64,000 nt of DNA from an uncultured Burkholderiales bacterium (lineage in GTDB: Bacteria > Pseudomonadota > Gammaproteobacteria > Burkholderiales > Usitatibacteraceae). The stretch is from the NCBI GenBank assembly GCA_947085425.1, contig CAMTWK010000026.1, positions 6,507-70,506 of the forward strand, given 5' to 3'. Made by a program: the position numbers and the translations under genes. A model generated the notes under the pieces. The model had not been told where the DNA came from and did not search any database. It worked only from the letters and a program-made list of their open reading frames with translations. Of the stretch, positions 51,929 to 63,009 are shown in pieces; positions within the stretch are counted from its first letter, which is position 1; every line of letters begins with the position of its first letter.

Positions 51929-53761
51929 TCAATCTAAGCCGAGATCTTGGGCGCGCCGCATGGTCTCCGCCCGCTTTATCGCCACATTGGCATCTTTGCG
52001 CAACCGATTCAGCGCTTCGGCAAATTCGGTGTCCAAATCAAGCCGGTCGGTATCGACTTCGCTGAGCAATAACGACGCTTGTTTCAATGAGTAGACATCC
52101 TGACTATCGCGAAAGTGTTCGACAATCATGGCCTGATGCAACACTTCACCGTCATGTGCACGAATATACGACGCCACACGAAAGGCAGTGCCCAGTGGCG
52201 TGTCGTCATCCTCGGCAACATTGATATCAAATTGATTGGCCAGCGACGGCTTGACCAGCATGCGACCAACAATTTGAATCGCCAATCCGACTGCCGGCGC
52301 TTTAATACGTGGTGCAGGGGCGCCGGCTTCCGGCCCCTTTTTTCCCCATGGCTTAAACGGCTTATCAGGCGACCAGATTTTTTTCCCGGGTGATTCGCCT
52401 TGTGGTGTTGCCGATGGTGTGCCATGCGACGAGGCCTGATGAGACTTCGCAGTACCAACATGAGGTGTTTGACCGAGTTGCGCCGACAACGGCACCATTT
52501 CTTCAATTTCTCGTGCGCTGAGACCGGTTTCTTCAACCAATTGTCTGCGCAACATATATGCGAGCGCTGGCGCAACAATCTGCCCGATATAGGGTTTGAC
52601 CAAAGCAATCAAACGGCTGCGTCCTTCCAAGCTGGTCATGTCAACGTTCGCGCGTATTTCGTCAAATAAAACCACCGACAACGGCGCGGCCTGTTTGAGT
52701 GCGTCGAGGAAGGCATCTTTACCCAACCGTCGAACATACGAATCCGGATCATCTTCAGCTGGCAAAAACAAAAAGCGCACTTCTTTGCCATCGGTGATGA
52801 TCGGCAGGGATTGTTCGAGCGCCCGCCATGCGGCCCGTCTGCCGGCTTTGTCACCGTCAAAACAAAACACCAGATTGTCGGCCATGCGTAATAATTTTTC
52901 GACATGAGTTGGTGTGGTGGCGGTGCCCAATGTGGCGACGGCGTTTTCGACCCCGGCCTGCGCCAGCGCAACCACGTCCATATAACCTTCCACCACAATC
53001 ACGGTGTTGTCATCGCGAATGGCACGGCGCGCATGAAATAAGCCATACAACTCACGGCCCTTTTCAAACAACGGTGTCTCGGGAGAATTCAAATATTTGG
53101 GTTCGCCCCGGCCGATCACGCGACCGCCAAAGCCAATCACGTTGCCACGTTGATCAAGAATTGGAAACATGACGCGATCTCGAAAACGATCGTATCGCCG
53201 ACCCTCTTCCGAGTCGATCACCAAGCCGCATTCTTTGAGTGCGCCCGCCGTGTAGTCCTCCACCGCGCCTTTTAATCCCTGCCAATCTTCGGGTGCAAAA
53301 CCGAGGCCAAATTTGGCGGCAATTTCACCGGTCACGCCGCGCCCCTTGAGATAGTCAATCGCCTTTGGTGACGACTTTAATTGGCACCGATAAAATTGCA
53401 TGGCGGCCGACATGATTTCACCGAGGCTGGCGGAAATACGCGCTTTTTCCAGGGACTCTTCGCGGTTGGCTTCATTTGGCAATGACATGCCCACCGACTC
53501 TGCCAGCTCTTGCACGGCATCACGGAATCCCAGACCGCTGTATTCCATTAGAAAACTGATGGCGGTACCGTGGGCACCGCAGCCAAAGCAGTGATAAAAC
53601 TGTTTGGCCGGTGCCACCGAAAATGACGGCGACTTTTCGTTGTGAAACGGACAGCAAGCGGAATAGTTTTGGCCGGATTTTTTCAGCTTCACATGCCGAT
53701 CAATCACCTCGACAATGTCGATACGCGCGAGCAGCTGCTGGATAAAATCTTGCGGGATCAT
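51929..53761 (-). CDS. dnaG: DNA primase DnaG
   Basis: 610 aa with the zinc ribbon CCPFHNEKSPSFSV...YHCFGCGAHG and the TOPRIM VVEGYMDVVAL. Confidence 0.97.
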   Translation of the reverse strand: MIPQDFIQQLLARIDIVEVIDRHVKLKKSGQNYSACCPFHNEKSPSFSVAPAKQFYHCFGCGAHGTAISFLMEYSGLGFRDAVQELAESVGMSLPNEANREESLEKARISASLGEIMSAAMQFYRCQLKSSPKAIDYLKGRGVTGEIAAKFGLGFAPEDWQGLKGAVEDYTAGALKECGLVIDSEEGRRYDRFRDRVMFPILDQRGNVIGFGGRVIGRGEPKYLNSPETPLFEKGRELYGLFHARRAIRDDNTVIVVEGYMDVVALAQAGVENAVATLGTATTPTHVEKLLRMADNLVFCFDGDKAGRRAAWRALEQSLPIITDGKEVRFLFLPAEDDPDSYVRRLGKDAFLDALKQAAPLSVVLFDEIRANVDMTSLEGRSRLIALVKPYIGQIVAPALAYMLRRQLVEETGLSAREIEEMVPLSAQLGQTPHVGTAKSHQASSHGTPSATPQGESPGKKIWSPDKPFKPWGKKGPEAGAPAPRIKAPAVGLAIQIVGRMLVKPSLANQFDINVAEDDDTPLGTAFRVASYIRAHDGEVLHQAMIVEHFRDSQDVYSLKQASLLLSEVDTDRLDLDTEFAEALNRLRKDANVAIKRAETMRRAQDLGLD

Positions 53762-53865
53762 TTAGTGATTATCAATTCTGACAACGTCGACATGCGGTTT
53801 GGCTGTGCGCCATATATGGACCGATGGACCCACGCACATTGACGCACACACAGACTGACACGTCA

Positions 53866-54318
53866 CTAACCCAGCCGCGCCTTGACGGTCGCCGACAATT
53901 TGCCCATGTCGGCACGCCCCGCCACCTTTGGCCTGAGCGCGCCAATTACCTTGCCCATATCCTTGCCGGACGTCGCGCCGGTTTCGGCAATCACTTGATC
54001 AAGGATGACACTCAGTTCGGCGTCGGATAATTGCTGCGGCATGTAGGCCTGCAAGATGCCGACTTCAAATTGCTCGATGGCAACCAGATCAAGGCGGTTT
54101 CCCTTGGTGTATTGCTCGATCGAGTCCTTGCGTTGTTTCAACATTTTTTCGATGATGGTCAACACAATATCGTCGGTGATGTCGATGCGCTCATCGACCT
54201 CGCGCTGTTTGATTGCCGACGTCAGCAAACGAATCGCCGCGAGCTTTTCAGATTCGCGCGCTTTCATCGCCGCTTTCATGTCGTCGTTTATTTTGTCACG
54301 CAATATGGATGTGGCCAT
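53866..54318 (-). CDS. GatB/YqeY domain-containing protein
   Basis: 150 aa, MATSILRDKINDDMKAAMKARESEKLAAIRLL... It sits in the position between rpsU and dnaG that is typical of this family. Confidence 0.85.
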   Translation of the reverse strand: MATSILRDKINDDMKAAMKARESEKLAAIRLLTSAIKQREVDERIDITDDIVLTIIEKMLKQRKDSIEQYTKGNRLDLVAIEQFEVGILQAYMPQQLSDAELSVILDQVIAETGATSGKDMGKVIGALRPKVAGRADMGKLSATVKARLG

Positions 54319-54463
54319 GTGGGCTCCTGCCTGTTTAAAAGCGAATGTCGAAAGACGAATTATGCGTTAACGCTGGCCGGCTGCTGCGCCACCATTACCG
54401 CCATTGCGATCATTACCATTAGGCAGTAACCAGCAATATCGAGCAACAACTGGCAATTACCGG

Positions 54464-54497
54464 CAATAAAAAAGGCAGGTAGCGAACGCTACCTGCC
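54464..54497 (-). terminator. Rho-independent terminator after rpsU
   Basis: The minus strand shows GGCAGGTAGCG-tt-CGCTACCTGCC followed by TTTTTTATTG, about 40 nt after the rpsU stop. Confidence 0.8.
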
Positions 54498-54533
54498 TCA
54501 AATTGAATTCTTTTCTAAAGATTCGCGATGCGC

Positions 54534-54743
54534 TTAGTATAGTTTCGGCGGCAGCATTTGTGCACGCAATCGCTTGTAGCGGCGCTTGACGGCGGCAGCG
54601 TGTTTGCGCTTGCGCTCGGCAGTTGGCTTTTCGTAGAACTCACGCGCGCGTAAGTCGGTCAGCAGACCGGTTTTTTCAATGGCACGTTTGAAGCGGCGCA
54701 GTGCCACATCGAACGGCTCGTTCTCTTTCAGTTTGACCAACAT
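54534..54743 (-). CDS. rpsU: 30S ribosomal protein S21
   Basis: 69 aa, [47 protein letters not shown]. Confidence 0.97.
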   Translation of the reverse strand: MLVKLKENEPFDVALRRFKRAIEKTGLLTDLRAREFYEKPTAERKRKHAAAVKRRYKRLRAQMLPPKLY

Positions 54744-54927
54744 ATCAATATTTCCTTAATCACTTTTATGGTTATGCCCGCCCAACCTGTTGAGAGGTTG
54801 TGGGTCTGAAGCTTAAATTTCCCCGCTGCAATCAAGAAGCAATCGATAACATTACACACCGATTTGCAGTGAAGCCCAATATAATAGCCAAGTTTTCCAA
54901 ATTCCACAACATATTCAATCACCTACC

Positions 54928-55965
54928 GTGTTAATCCTCGGCATCGAATCCTCTTGCGACGAAACCGGCGTGGCGCTTTATGACACCACGCGGGGCCTGC
55001 TTGGCCATCAACTGCATTCACAGATCGAGATGCACACCGCCTACGGTGGGGTAGTGCCGGAATTGGCCTCGCGTGATCATATTCGACGGGTGATTCCACT
55101 TATTGAAGGCCTTTTTATCGATAGTGGTTGCTCACTTAAAGACATCGACGCCATCGGCGTGACCCAGGGACCGGGGCTCGCCGGTGCCTTACTGGTCGGC
55201 AACAGTGTGGCTGTTGCGTTGGCGGCAGCACTAAATAAGCCGGTGATTGGCATCCATCATTTGGAGGGCCATTTACTTTCACCGCTGCTCGCCGAGCCAA
55301 AGCCGGATTTTCCGTTTATTGCTCTGTTGGTTTCCGGCGGACACACCCAACTCATGGCGGTTCGTGGCGTCGGCGACTACACCCTGCTGGGTGAAACCGT
55401 GGACGACGCGGCGGGCGAAGCGTTCGACAAAACCGCGTCTTTATTGGGATTGGGTTATCCCGGTGGTGCCAAGTTGTCAAAACTGGCGATGACGGGCAAT
55501 CCGTCGATTTACAAACTGCCGCGGCCGATGATCCATTCCAATGACCTGGAGTTCAGCTTTAGTGGCTTGAAAACCGCTGTACTCACGCTGGTCAACAAAC
55601 TCAAATTGGCCACTGGTGGTCTGACCGATCAGCAACGCGCGGATGTGGCGGCCGCATTTGAAGCAGCCATAGCCGAGGTGTTAACCGTTAAATCTCTGAA
55701 GGCGCTCAAACAAACCAATATGCAGCGCATCGTGGTCGCGGGGGGGGTTGGAGCCAATCGACAACTGCGCAGTGTACTCACGCGTGAAGCCAACAAAATG
55801 GGTGCCGAGGTTTTTTATCCGCCATTGGAGTTGTGCACCGATAACGGCGCGATGATTGCGTTTGCTGCCGCACTTCGCCTCAGCCATGGGGTGGCGTCAT
55901 CAACGTTTGAAAATGGCAGTTTTGCGGTTAAACCCCGCTGGCCGTTGGCGGATCTACAGTCTTGA
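54928..55965 (+). CDS. tsaD: tRNA N6-adenosine threonylcarbamoyltransferase TsaD
   Basis: 345 aa with a GTG start, (M)[23 protein letters not shown] and [10 protein letters not shown]. It is divergent from rpsU as in most proteobacteria. Confidence 0.95.
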   Translation: MLILGIESSCDETGVALYDTTRGLLGHQLHSQIEMHTAYGGVVPELASRDHIRRVIPLIEGLFIDSGCSLKDIDAIGVTQGPGLAGALLVGNSVAVALAAALNKPVIGIHHLEGHLLSPLLAEPKPDFPFIALLVSGGHTQLMAVRGVGDYTLLGETVDDAAGEAFDKTASLLGLGYPGGAKLSKLAMTGNPSIYKLPRPMIHSNDLEFSFSGLKTAVLTLVNKLKLATGGLTDQQRADVAAAFEAAIAEVLTVKSLKALKQTNMQRIVVAGGVGANRQLRSVLTREANKMGAEVFYPPLELCTDNGAMIAFAAALRLSHGVASSTFENGSFAVKPRWPLADLQS

Positions 55966-56411
55966 TGACGCAAATTGAATTTCAGTTTTTTTTGGAGGAA
56001 CACGGGAAGACCACCAATTCAATTGCGAAATCGCCGTTGATCCTGTTGTGCGTTGTTTTAATCAATTCGGACGCGCCATACACGCGGCAAGAATAAGTTT
56101 TCGTTGGCAACCTTTGCCGATTTGGCGTGACACTTGCGCTCAAGCTGAATCGGCGATTGGCAACCCAAACTCGAATGCATCCGCGTTGCGCCTGCGTGAT
56201 GAGCCAGGCGCGCACGTCAAGGCTGGCGTACTGGCTGCAAAGATCAAGGGAAATGCCGACACCTTTTTGCGGTTACGGTGAAATATGCAGGCTAATTTTT
56301 GAAAAGTGGGGCGACGCTTGCCCCCACGGTAATTCATGCGGCATTGAGCTCTTTCAATATCACACTCCCGCCAGACCGCGCCGATCTGTACTTTCCGGCC
56401 TGCGGCAGATT

Positions 56412-56948
56412 TCAGTCCGGCGCCTGCTGCCGATATTTTTCTTCTGATTCCTTTAATGCGTCCTCGGCTTTTTTGACCGCCGCTTCCAGACCGGCTATTC
56501 GGCTGTAATATTCTGGCAGCCGCATGACAGAATTTCCGTCTTTACGCACCACAATTCGGGTTTCACCGGCGACCGGGTCACGACCGGTTTCGAGGTCTTT
56601 TTTCGCCTTGTCCAAGGCTTCTTCCGACAGTTTTACGTTGTTCTGGAGCTTGTCCCGTAATGCCGCGCGCGCGTCGCCACGCGCCTTGATGTCGGCAAAT
56701 TTTTGTTCCTTGCCCGCGCCGTCTTTGGTCTGCATTTTGACAATATTGGCGGTGGGGTCAACTGTCACCTTTGACGCTTGTTCACCCTCTTTCGGCGCTT
56801 TGTCCGAATAGGTCCCCTTGCCATTTTTGTCAACGTGTTTATAAATAGTTTGCGCAACTCCCGCGCCGGACATGGTCATCATTATTGTCGCAGCGAGTGA
56901 CGCGGCAAACATTCCGAATCGCGCACTGCGTGGGTGTTGTTTAGACAT
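56412..56948 (-). CDS. DUF4124 domain-containing secreted protein
   Basis: Lies in ORF 56412..57056(-), with ATG 56948. A signal peptide is followed by IYKHVDKNGKGTYSDKAPKEGE (the DUF4124 pattern) and a coiled-coil tail. The start overlaps the 3' end of the moeB-like gene by 8 nt. Confidence 0.7.
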   Translation of the reverse strand: MSKQHPRSARFGMFAASLAATIMMTMSGAGVAQTIYKHVDKNGKGTYSDKAPKEGEQASKVTVDPTANIVKMQTKDGAGKEQKFADIKARGDARAALRDKLQNNVKLSEEALDKAKKDLETGRDPVAGETRIVVRKDGNSVMRLPEYYSRIAGLEAAVKKAEDALKESEEKYRQQAPD

Positions 56949-57744
56949 GTTCCATCTCCTTGGTGACCTGTTTGGCACGATTTGCAGACGCACATACCGG
57001 GCAAGCCGGATCCTGACGAAAACGAACGTCGCGCCACGCCAGATTGCGCGCGTCAAACATCGATAACCGACCTTGTCCGTCCGTCACATTTGTTTCATTT
57101 TCAAGGCCGGTCAACAAACGGATGGCCTGAACAGCTTGCATGGTGCCAATCACGCCAACCAAGGGTGCAAACACACCCATTACCGCGCAGCGCTCCTCGG
57201 CCATGTTTTGGTCTTCCGGAAACAAACATGAGTAACAAGGCGAATTATTCGAACGAAAATCGAAGCTGGTGATCTGCCCGTCGAAACGAATTGCCGCACC
57301 CGACACCAGCACTTTGCGGTATTTAAAACAGGCGCGATTAATAGCGTGACGGGTTGCAAAATTGTCGGTGCAATCCAATACCAAATCAGCCATCCGCACC
57401 AGGCTATCAAGTGCGTCGTCATCCAACCGGATGGTGGTAGCCTCGACGACAATGGTCGAATTGATTTCGGCAAGGGAAGCCTTGGCCGATGCCGCCTTGT
57501 TTTGACCAATGGTTGCTTCACGATGAATGACCTGACGCTGTAGATTCGTTAGGTCGACATCATCACCATCGGCAATCAAGATGCGCCCGACACCAGCGGA
57601 TGCCAAATACATCAGCGCGGCGGAGCCCAATCCCCCCGCACCCACCACCAGCACGGTGGCACTGTCCAATTTTGCCTGCGCCTCCAGACCAAACGGTTCG
57701 AGCAGAATATGCCGCGAATAACGCAGTAATTTATGATCGTCCAC
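56941..57744 (-). CDS. moeB: HesA/MoeB/ThiF family adenylyltransferase (molybdopterin-synthase adenylyltransferase-like)
   Basis: 267 aa with LLRYSRHILL, VLVVGAGGLGSAALMYLASAGVG, DLTNLQRQ and two CxxC pairs (CYSC, CPVC). Confidence 0.85.
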   Translation of the reverse strand: MDDHKLLRYSRHILLEPFGLEAQAKLDSATVLVVGAGGLGSAALMYLASAGVGRILIADGDDVDLTNLQRQVIHREATIGQNKAASAKASLAEINSTIVVEATTIRLDDDALDSLVRMADLVLDCTDNFATRHAINRACFKYRKVLVSGAAIRFDGQITSFDFRSNNSPCYSCLFPEDQNMAEERCAVMGVFAPLVGVIGTMQAVQAIRLLTGLENETNVTDGQGRLSMFDARNLAWRDVRFRQDPACPVCASANRAKQVTKEMEHV

Positions 57745-57771
57745 GTCACCCTTCCGAATAAAGTTCGCGAC

Positions 57772-59367
57772 TTATTTGGATACGGCGGCCTTCACATCTG
57801 CCGGCTTGGCTGCCGCGACAGTGGCGGCAGGTTTTGCGGCGGCAATTGCAGTCGTCATGGCCAGCCACGCCTTGGGATTGGCGGCAACTGCCTGACCATT
57901 CAATTGATTCAAGGCCTGCTGCAATACAAAGTCGATCGGACGTCCGTCGGCAGCCATGCGCGGTTTGTATTCAACCGGCTTTTCTTCTTCTTTCTTGAGC
58001 GCGAGCTGCACGGCACGTTGTTCATCCGTCGCAGTTTCACCCGGCGAATTTTTGATCGCCTCGATTGCCTTTTGCTCTTCTTCCGTCGTCAAATGCCGCT
58101 CCAGATCCGCTTCGCGCATCACCAGCCGTTGTGAGCCATCATCAACTTGTTTATCCGGTGAAATTCCCTTCGCCTGGATCGAACGACCGGCCGGCGTGAA
58201 ATAACGCGCCGTTGTTAATTTGATCGCGCTGTTTTCACCGATCGGCAAAATTGTTTGCACCGATCCTTTGCCAAACGTTTGTGTGCCCATGATGGTTGCG
58301 CGCTTATGGTCTTGCAAGGCACCTGCAACAATTTCAGATGCCGATGCGCTGCCGTTGTTGACCAACACAATGAGCGGCACAGTCTTGGCGGCAGGATTCA
58401 GCTTGGCCAAAATATCGTCTTTACCGCCGCGGCGTTGATAGTCTTCTTTTTTAGCATACAGACGCATTTTTGCGTCTTCAATGCGACCCTCGGTGTACAC
58501 AACCAACACATCCTTGGGTAAAAACGCCGCCGAGACGGCCACCGATGCTTCGAGCACACCGCCCGGATCGTTGCGCAAATCCAAAATCATGCCTTTGAGC
58601 TGTCCATTGTTTTGCTTAAAAGAATCATTGATCGCGCGCACCATTTTTTCGGGGGTCGCTTGTTCAAATTGTGTCAGTCGAATATAGGCAATGCCTGGCT
58701 CCAGTTGGCGACTGCGCACACTTTGAATTTCAATTACCGCGCGCTTAACGTTAAACACCAGCTCACGTCCTTCACCGCGCCGCAAAATAGTCAGCACCGC
58801 CTCGGTACCCGCCTCGCCACGCATGCGTTTCACAGCCTCGGTCAGCGACACGCCGCGCAAATTCGATTGATTGACTTTAATGATGTAGTCGCCCGACTTG
58901 ATGCCGGCTTTAAACGCGGGCGTGTCATCGATCGGCGAAATGACTTTTACAAACCCGTCTTCACTGCCAACCTCAATACCCAGGCCACCAAATTTTCCGC
59001 TGGTGGCGGTTTGCATTTCTTTATATGCTTCTTCATCCAAAAATGCCGAATGTGGATCCAGCCCATTCAACATGCCGTTAATTGCCTCTTTGATCAGGCG
59101 TTTATCATCCACTTCTTCGACGTAGCCGGCTTTTACCCGGCCAAATACCTCGGACAACATGCGCACTTCTTCAATCGGCAAATTCAACATGGATGACTGA
59201 CGCACCGCAACGGCTGAAAAATGCAGCGACAATGACACCCCCAAGACAGCACCAAGGCCAATCAAACTGGCGGCCTTCATTTTTTTGCCGAATTTTGGCG
59301 GGTGGGTTTGGATCAATTTTTCCATATTCAATTTTCCGATTTCAACGTTCATTATTTGCCGACCCAA
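57772..59367 (-). CDS. S41-family carboxy-terminal processing peptidase (Ctp/Prc-like)
   Basis: 531-aa ORF with a PDZ domain (GIEVGSEDGFVKVISPIDDTPAFKAGIKSGDYII) and a catalytic region (NGSASASEIVAGALQD...GKGSVQ). The start is uncertain; internal ATGs at 59325 or 59280 are plausible. Confidence 0.9.
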   Translation of the reverse strand: MGRQIMNVEIGKLNMEKLIQTHPPKFGKKMKAASLIGLGAVLGVSLSLHFSAVAVRQSSMLNLPIEEVRMLSEVFGRVKAGYVEEVDDKRLIKEAINGMLNGLDPHSAFLDEEAYKEMQTATSGKFGGLGIEVGSEDGFVKVISPIDDTPAFKAGIKSGDYIIKVNQSNLRGVSLTEAVKRMRGEAGTEAVLTILRRGEGRELVFNVKRAVIEIQSVRSRQLEPGIAYIRLTQFEQATPEKMVRAINDSFKQNNGQLKGMILDLRNDPGGVLEASVAVSAAFLPKDVLVVYTEGRIEDAKMRLYAKKEDYQRRGGKDDILAKLNPAAKTVPLIVLVNNGSASASEIVAGALQDHKRATIMGTQTFGKGSVQTILPIGENSAIKLTTARYFTPAGRSIQAKGISPDKQVDDGSQRLVMREADLERHLTTEEEQKAIEAIKNSPGETATDEQRAVQLALKKEEEKPVEYKPRMAADGRPIDFVLQQALNQLNGQAVAANPKAWLAMTTAIAAAKPAATVAAAKPADVKAAVSK

Positions 59368-60671
59368 CGCATCGGGTCAAACGGCTTGCCATCCAAACGT
59401 AATTCAAAATATACACCCGATTCCAACGCGCCACCGGTCGAGCCGACTGACGCGATGGACTCGCCGGCAGACGTGGTATCGCCAACTTGCTTGATCAAAC
59501 TTTCATTGTGGCCGTATAAGCTCAAAAACCCGGCACCATGATCAACAATAACCAAATTGCCATAACCGCGCAGCCAATCTGCAAAAACCACGCGGCCATC
59601 AGCCACCGCCCGCACCGGCAAACCATCTGCGGAACGAATAAACAACCCCTTCCAAGTGACGCCACCTTCCTCACGTTGGGCACCGAATCGGCCGGCAAGT
59701 TCACCACGAACCGGTAACTTCAGCTTTCCCCGCAGGCTGGCAAAGGCATGCCCCACAAAACCACTGTCAGCTTCGTCGGTGACGACCGCACCTGGCTTGC
59801 GGATGCGCCCCGCGTCTGTTTTGTCGCCGGATGGCTTTGCATCGGACCGCGGGTCGGCTTTGGGCTTGCGTGCAAGCGCGATGGCGATTTGTTCAACTAA
59901 TTTTGTCAGGCGATTTTCGTCGCGCTTTAATCGGCCGACTTCACGCCGGTTTTTGCTGATGTCTGAGCGCACCTGTCCCAATATTTTTTGGCGGCTGGCG
60001 CGCTCGGCGACCAGCATGGCGCGCGCTTTTTTTTGTTCGTTTGCATTGGCGGCAAGCTCGGTTTGTTTTTCGTGGGCTTCAACCTCAAGCGCGGCAAGTA
60101 TGGCGACGCTTTTTTTTAATCGGCCAATCGCTGCAATGCGCGAGCGAGTGACATACCCCAGATAGACCAGCCGCCGCTCGACTGCGGAGACATCTTCGCC
60201 ACTTAACATCAAACGCATGGCATCGGTATTGCCGTACATGTATTGATGACGAATGAGTTTGTCGCGTAAATTTTCTTCGCGGACGATATCGGCGCGGGCG
60301 GTGACAACCCTCCGCTCAATGTCAGCCAGATCGCGGCCAATTTCCCGCTGCTCTGTTGCCATCGTTAATAAATTTCGATTGGCCTCGGAAATGGCCTTCT
60401 CAGAGACCTTGAGCTGATCAGAAATTTCATTGCGCGACTCTTCACTTTTGATGAAGGCGCGATTGAGCTTGTCGATTTGACCCCGCAACTCCTCCAACGC
60501 CTGCTTCTTTTCGACACTTTCGGCTTTGGACGGACCGGACGTATTTGCTTGGTTCGCCTTTACATTTACACTCAAACAGGCGAAACCAAGCAATGACAAG
60601 GCGATCAAGACATAACCGACTGGAAATGGCCGCCGATAATCGATGTTGATGTTTTTATTCGATGTCAACAA
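59352..60671 (-). CDS. envC: Murein hydrolase activator EnvC-like / M23 peptidase family protein
   Basis: 439 aa with coiled coils and the C-terminal LytM domain GYGNLVIVDHGAGFLSLYGHNESL. No ATG lies near the N-terminus, so a TTG start at 60671 is assumed. Confidence 0.85.
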   Translation of the reverse strand: MLTSNKNINIDYRRPFPVGYVLIALSLLGFACLSVNVKANQANTSGPSKAESVEKKQALEELRGQIDKLNRAFIKSEESRNEISDQLKVSEKAISEANRNLLTMATEQREIGRDLADIERRVVTARADIVREENLRDKLIRHQYMYGNTDAMRLMLSGEDVSAVERRLVYLGYVTRSRIAAIGRLKKSVAILAALEVEAHEKQTELAANANEQKKARAMLVAERASRQKILGQVRSDISKNRREVGRLKRDENRLTKLVEQIAIALARKPKADPRSDAKPSGDKTDAGRIRKPGAVVTDEADSGFVGHAFASLRGKLKLPVRGELAGRFGAQREEGGVTWKGLFIRSADGLPVRAVADGRVVFADWLRGYGNLVIVDHGAGFLSLYGHNESLIKQVGDTTSAGESIASVGSTGGALESGVYFELRLDGKPFDPMRWVGK

Positions 60672-60704
60672 TTGTCACACCATTGCATCGTAGTGGGCAT
60701 TCCG

Positions 60705-61448
60705 TTAAGCCCGCCCTTGGGCGGCGACTGCGGCACCGGCTTTGGCGATTTCATCCTGATCACCCAGGTAATAACTGCGAATGGGTCGCAGGTCGTCTGT
60801 CAATTCGTAAACCAATGGCACCGCCGTAGGAATATTCAGGTTCACAATTGCCTCATCGGCAACGTTGTCCAGATGTTTGACCAACGCACGCAGCGTATTG
60901 CCGTGGGCGGCGATGATAACTCGTTTGCCGGCGCGAATCTGCGGGGCAATTTCCATTTGCCAATAGGGCACAAATCGATTTACGGTGTCTTTCAAACACT
61001 CCGTTTGTGGTAGCTCCTCTGGCAATAAATCCGCATAACGATAGTCTTTTGACGGATGGCCGGGGTCGTTCAAATCAAGCGGCGGCGGCGGCGTGTCGTA
61101 ACTGCGCCGCCAGCTCAAAACCTGTTCTTCGCCGAATTTTTTTGCCGTCTCGGCCTTGTTGAGCCCCTGCAAGGCACCGTAGTGGCGTTCATTTAATCGC
61201 CAGTGTTTGATGACCGGCACCCAGCGTCGATCCAGCACCTCCTGGGTAATCCAGAGGGTGCGTATTGCGCGGGTCAAAAGCGACGTGTAGGCCAAATCAA
61301 TATCAAAGCCCTCGGCTTTTAAGACTTTGCCGGCGCGTTCGGCCTCAAATTCACCTTTTTTAGTGAGATCAACATCGACCCAACCAGTAAATCGATTTTG
61401 TTGATTCCATTGCGATTCGCCATGCCGCATCAAGATCAATTTTTTCAT
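60705..61448 (-). CDS. gpmA: 2,3-bisphosphoglycerate-dependent phosphoglycerate mutase
   Basis: 247 aa, [29 protein letters not shown] (the RHGE catalytic motif). Confidence 0.97.
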   Translation of the reverse strand: MKKLILMRHGESQWNQQNRFTGWVDVDLTKKGEFEAERAGKVLKAEGFDIDLAYTSLLTRAIRTLWITQEVLDRRWVPVIKHWRLNERHYGALQGLNKAETAKKFGEEQVLSWRRSYDTPPPPLDLNDPGHPSKDYRYADLLPEELPQTECLKDTVNRFVPYWQMEIAPQIRAGKRVIIAAHGNTLRALVKHLDNVADEAIVNLNIPTAVPLVYELTDDLRPIRSYYLGDQDEIAKAGAAVAAQGRA

Positions 61449-61705
61449 TTTTCAGATTTCCGCTTGTTTTTCCAATAATTCACTTGTTTTTTACCGTTTG
61501 GGTGCCACATGCCATTGCGCCACCCGACCATCCCGCAGTCGGGAAATTGATGCAAAGTGTTAGAATAGCTAGTTTACGTGATGCGGTTCATCATGAACAT
61601 CGGGCGACTGATTCGAGCGGCACCAAAACGTTCCGAACTGCGCCGATTCAAGTACAACTCTTTTAGCCGACATCACCCTTTTGCACCCCTAATATAGATT
61701 TCTCC

Positions 61706-62119
61706 ATGACAGAATTTATTTCCCAAAACATGATGCTGGTTGCACTTTTTTTTGCCAGCGGTGTCATGTTGCTTTGGCCGACAATTTCCAAATCACTTGG
61801 CGGCTCTAAAGATATCGGCACGCTGGAAGCGACCCGACTCATGAATTCCGGCGACGCATTGGTGCTCGACATCCGCGACAACGGCGAATTTAGTGGCGGG
61901 CGTATTCCCAAGTCGAAAAACGTGCCGTTGGCAGAGTTGGACAAACGTATTGAGGATTTCTCAAAATTTAAAGATAAGCCGGTCATTGTCACCTGTCGCA
62001 GCAATAGCCGCGCGGGCGCCGCCGTCAGATTGCTTAAGGCCAAGGGCTTTAGTCAGGTTTATCAACTTGCCGGCGGATTTGCGGCTTGGCAACAAGCCAG
62101 TCTGCCCGTCGAGAAGTAA
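61706..62119 (+). CDS. Rhodanese-like domain protein (membrane anchored)
   Basis: 137 aa with an N-terminal TM; the active-site loop is VTCRSNSRAG. Confidence 0.85.
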   Translation: MTEFISQNMMLVALFFASGVMLLWPTISKSLGGSKDIGTLEATRLMNSGDALVLDIRDNGEFSGGRIPKSKNVPLAELDKRIEDFSKFKDKPVIVTCRSNSRAGAAVRLLKAKGFSQVYQLAGGFAAWQQASLPVEK

Positions 62120-62135
62120 CGAAGGGACTATCACA

Positions 62136-62399
62136 ATGCAAAAAGTAACCATGTATTCGACTGCCGTTTGCCCTTATTGCCAAATGGCAGAACGTTTGTT
62201 GAACACCAAGGGCGTGACTGAAATCGACAAAGTCCGCATTGATCTCGACCCGGTCAAGCGCGATGAAATGATGGCTAAAACGCAGCGCCGCACGGTTCCA
62301 CAAATTTATATCGGAGAAGTCCATGTTGGTGGCTTTGACGATTTAAGTGCGCTCGATAAGGCCGGCAAACTCGAACCCCTGCTGGCCGGCACAAATTAA
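62136..62399 (+). CDS. grxC: Glutaredoxin 3
   Basis: Lies in ORF 61893..62399, with ATG 62136. It reads MQKVTMYSTAVCPYCQMAERLL...TVPQIYIGEVHVGGFDDL (87 aa). Confidence 0.93.
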   Translation: MQKVTMYSTAVCPYCQMAERLLNTKGVTEIDKVRIDLDPVKRDEMMAKTQRRTVPQIYIGEVHVGGFDDLSALDKAGKLEPLLAGTN

Positions 62400-62473
62400 T
62401 TTCACCCGACCCTCGCCAATTGGGGCCGATCGTTTTTATTGTTTGTATTATGTTTTGACGTATTAATTTAAGG

Positions 62474-62998
62474 ATGAATGAAATGACCGACACAATCGAC
62501 ACCGCAGCAGCAGCAGCCGCACCAGCAAATCAGGAAAACCAGCCTCTTTACAACATCGAAAAAATTTACGTAAAAGATCTTTCGGTGGAAGTACCCAATG
62601 CCCCGGGAATTTTCCTGGAACGAGAAGCACCGCAGGTTGATGTGCAATTGCATCACGCCTCAAAGTCGGTCGACGATGGCATTTATCAAACTGAATTGAC
62701 CATTACCGTGACTGCAAAAATCGGCGAAAAGACCATGTTTCTAGCCGAAGCCAATCAGGCTGGCATTTTCCAGATTCGCAACGTACCCAATCAAGATTTG
62801 GACGCGATTCTTGGCATTGGTAACCCGAACATTCTCTACCCGTACGTTCGCGAAACCATTTCCGACGCCATTACCCGCGCCGGATTCCCACCGGTTTTGC
62901 TGAACCCAGTGAATTTTGAGGCGCTGTATCAGGCTCAAAAAGCGCAAGAAGCGCAGGCCGCCACCCAGCAGCCGGCCATTGCCACAACAACACATTAA
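62474..62998 (+). CDS. secB: Protein-export chaperone SecB
   Basis: 174 aa with YNIEKIYVKDLSVEVPNAP...ILYPYVRETISDAITRAGFPPVLLNPVNFEALY. Confidence 0.95.
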   Translation: MNEMTDTIDTAAAAAAPANQENQPLYNIEKIYVKDLSVEVPNAPGIFLEREAPQVDVQLHHASKSVDDGIYQTELTITVTAKIGEKTMFLAEANQAGIFQIRNVPNQDLDAILGIGNPNILYPYVRETISDAITRAGFPPVLLNPVNFEALYQAQKAQEAQAATQQPAIATTTH

Positions 62999-63009
62999 TC
63001 ACCGGGCCA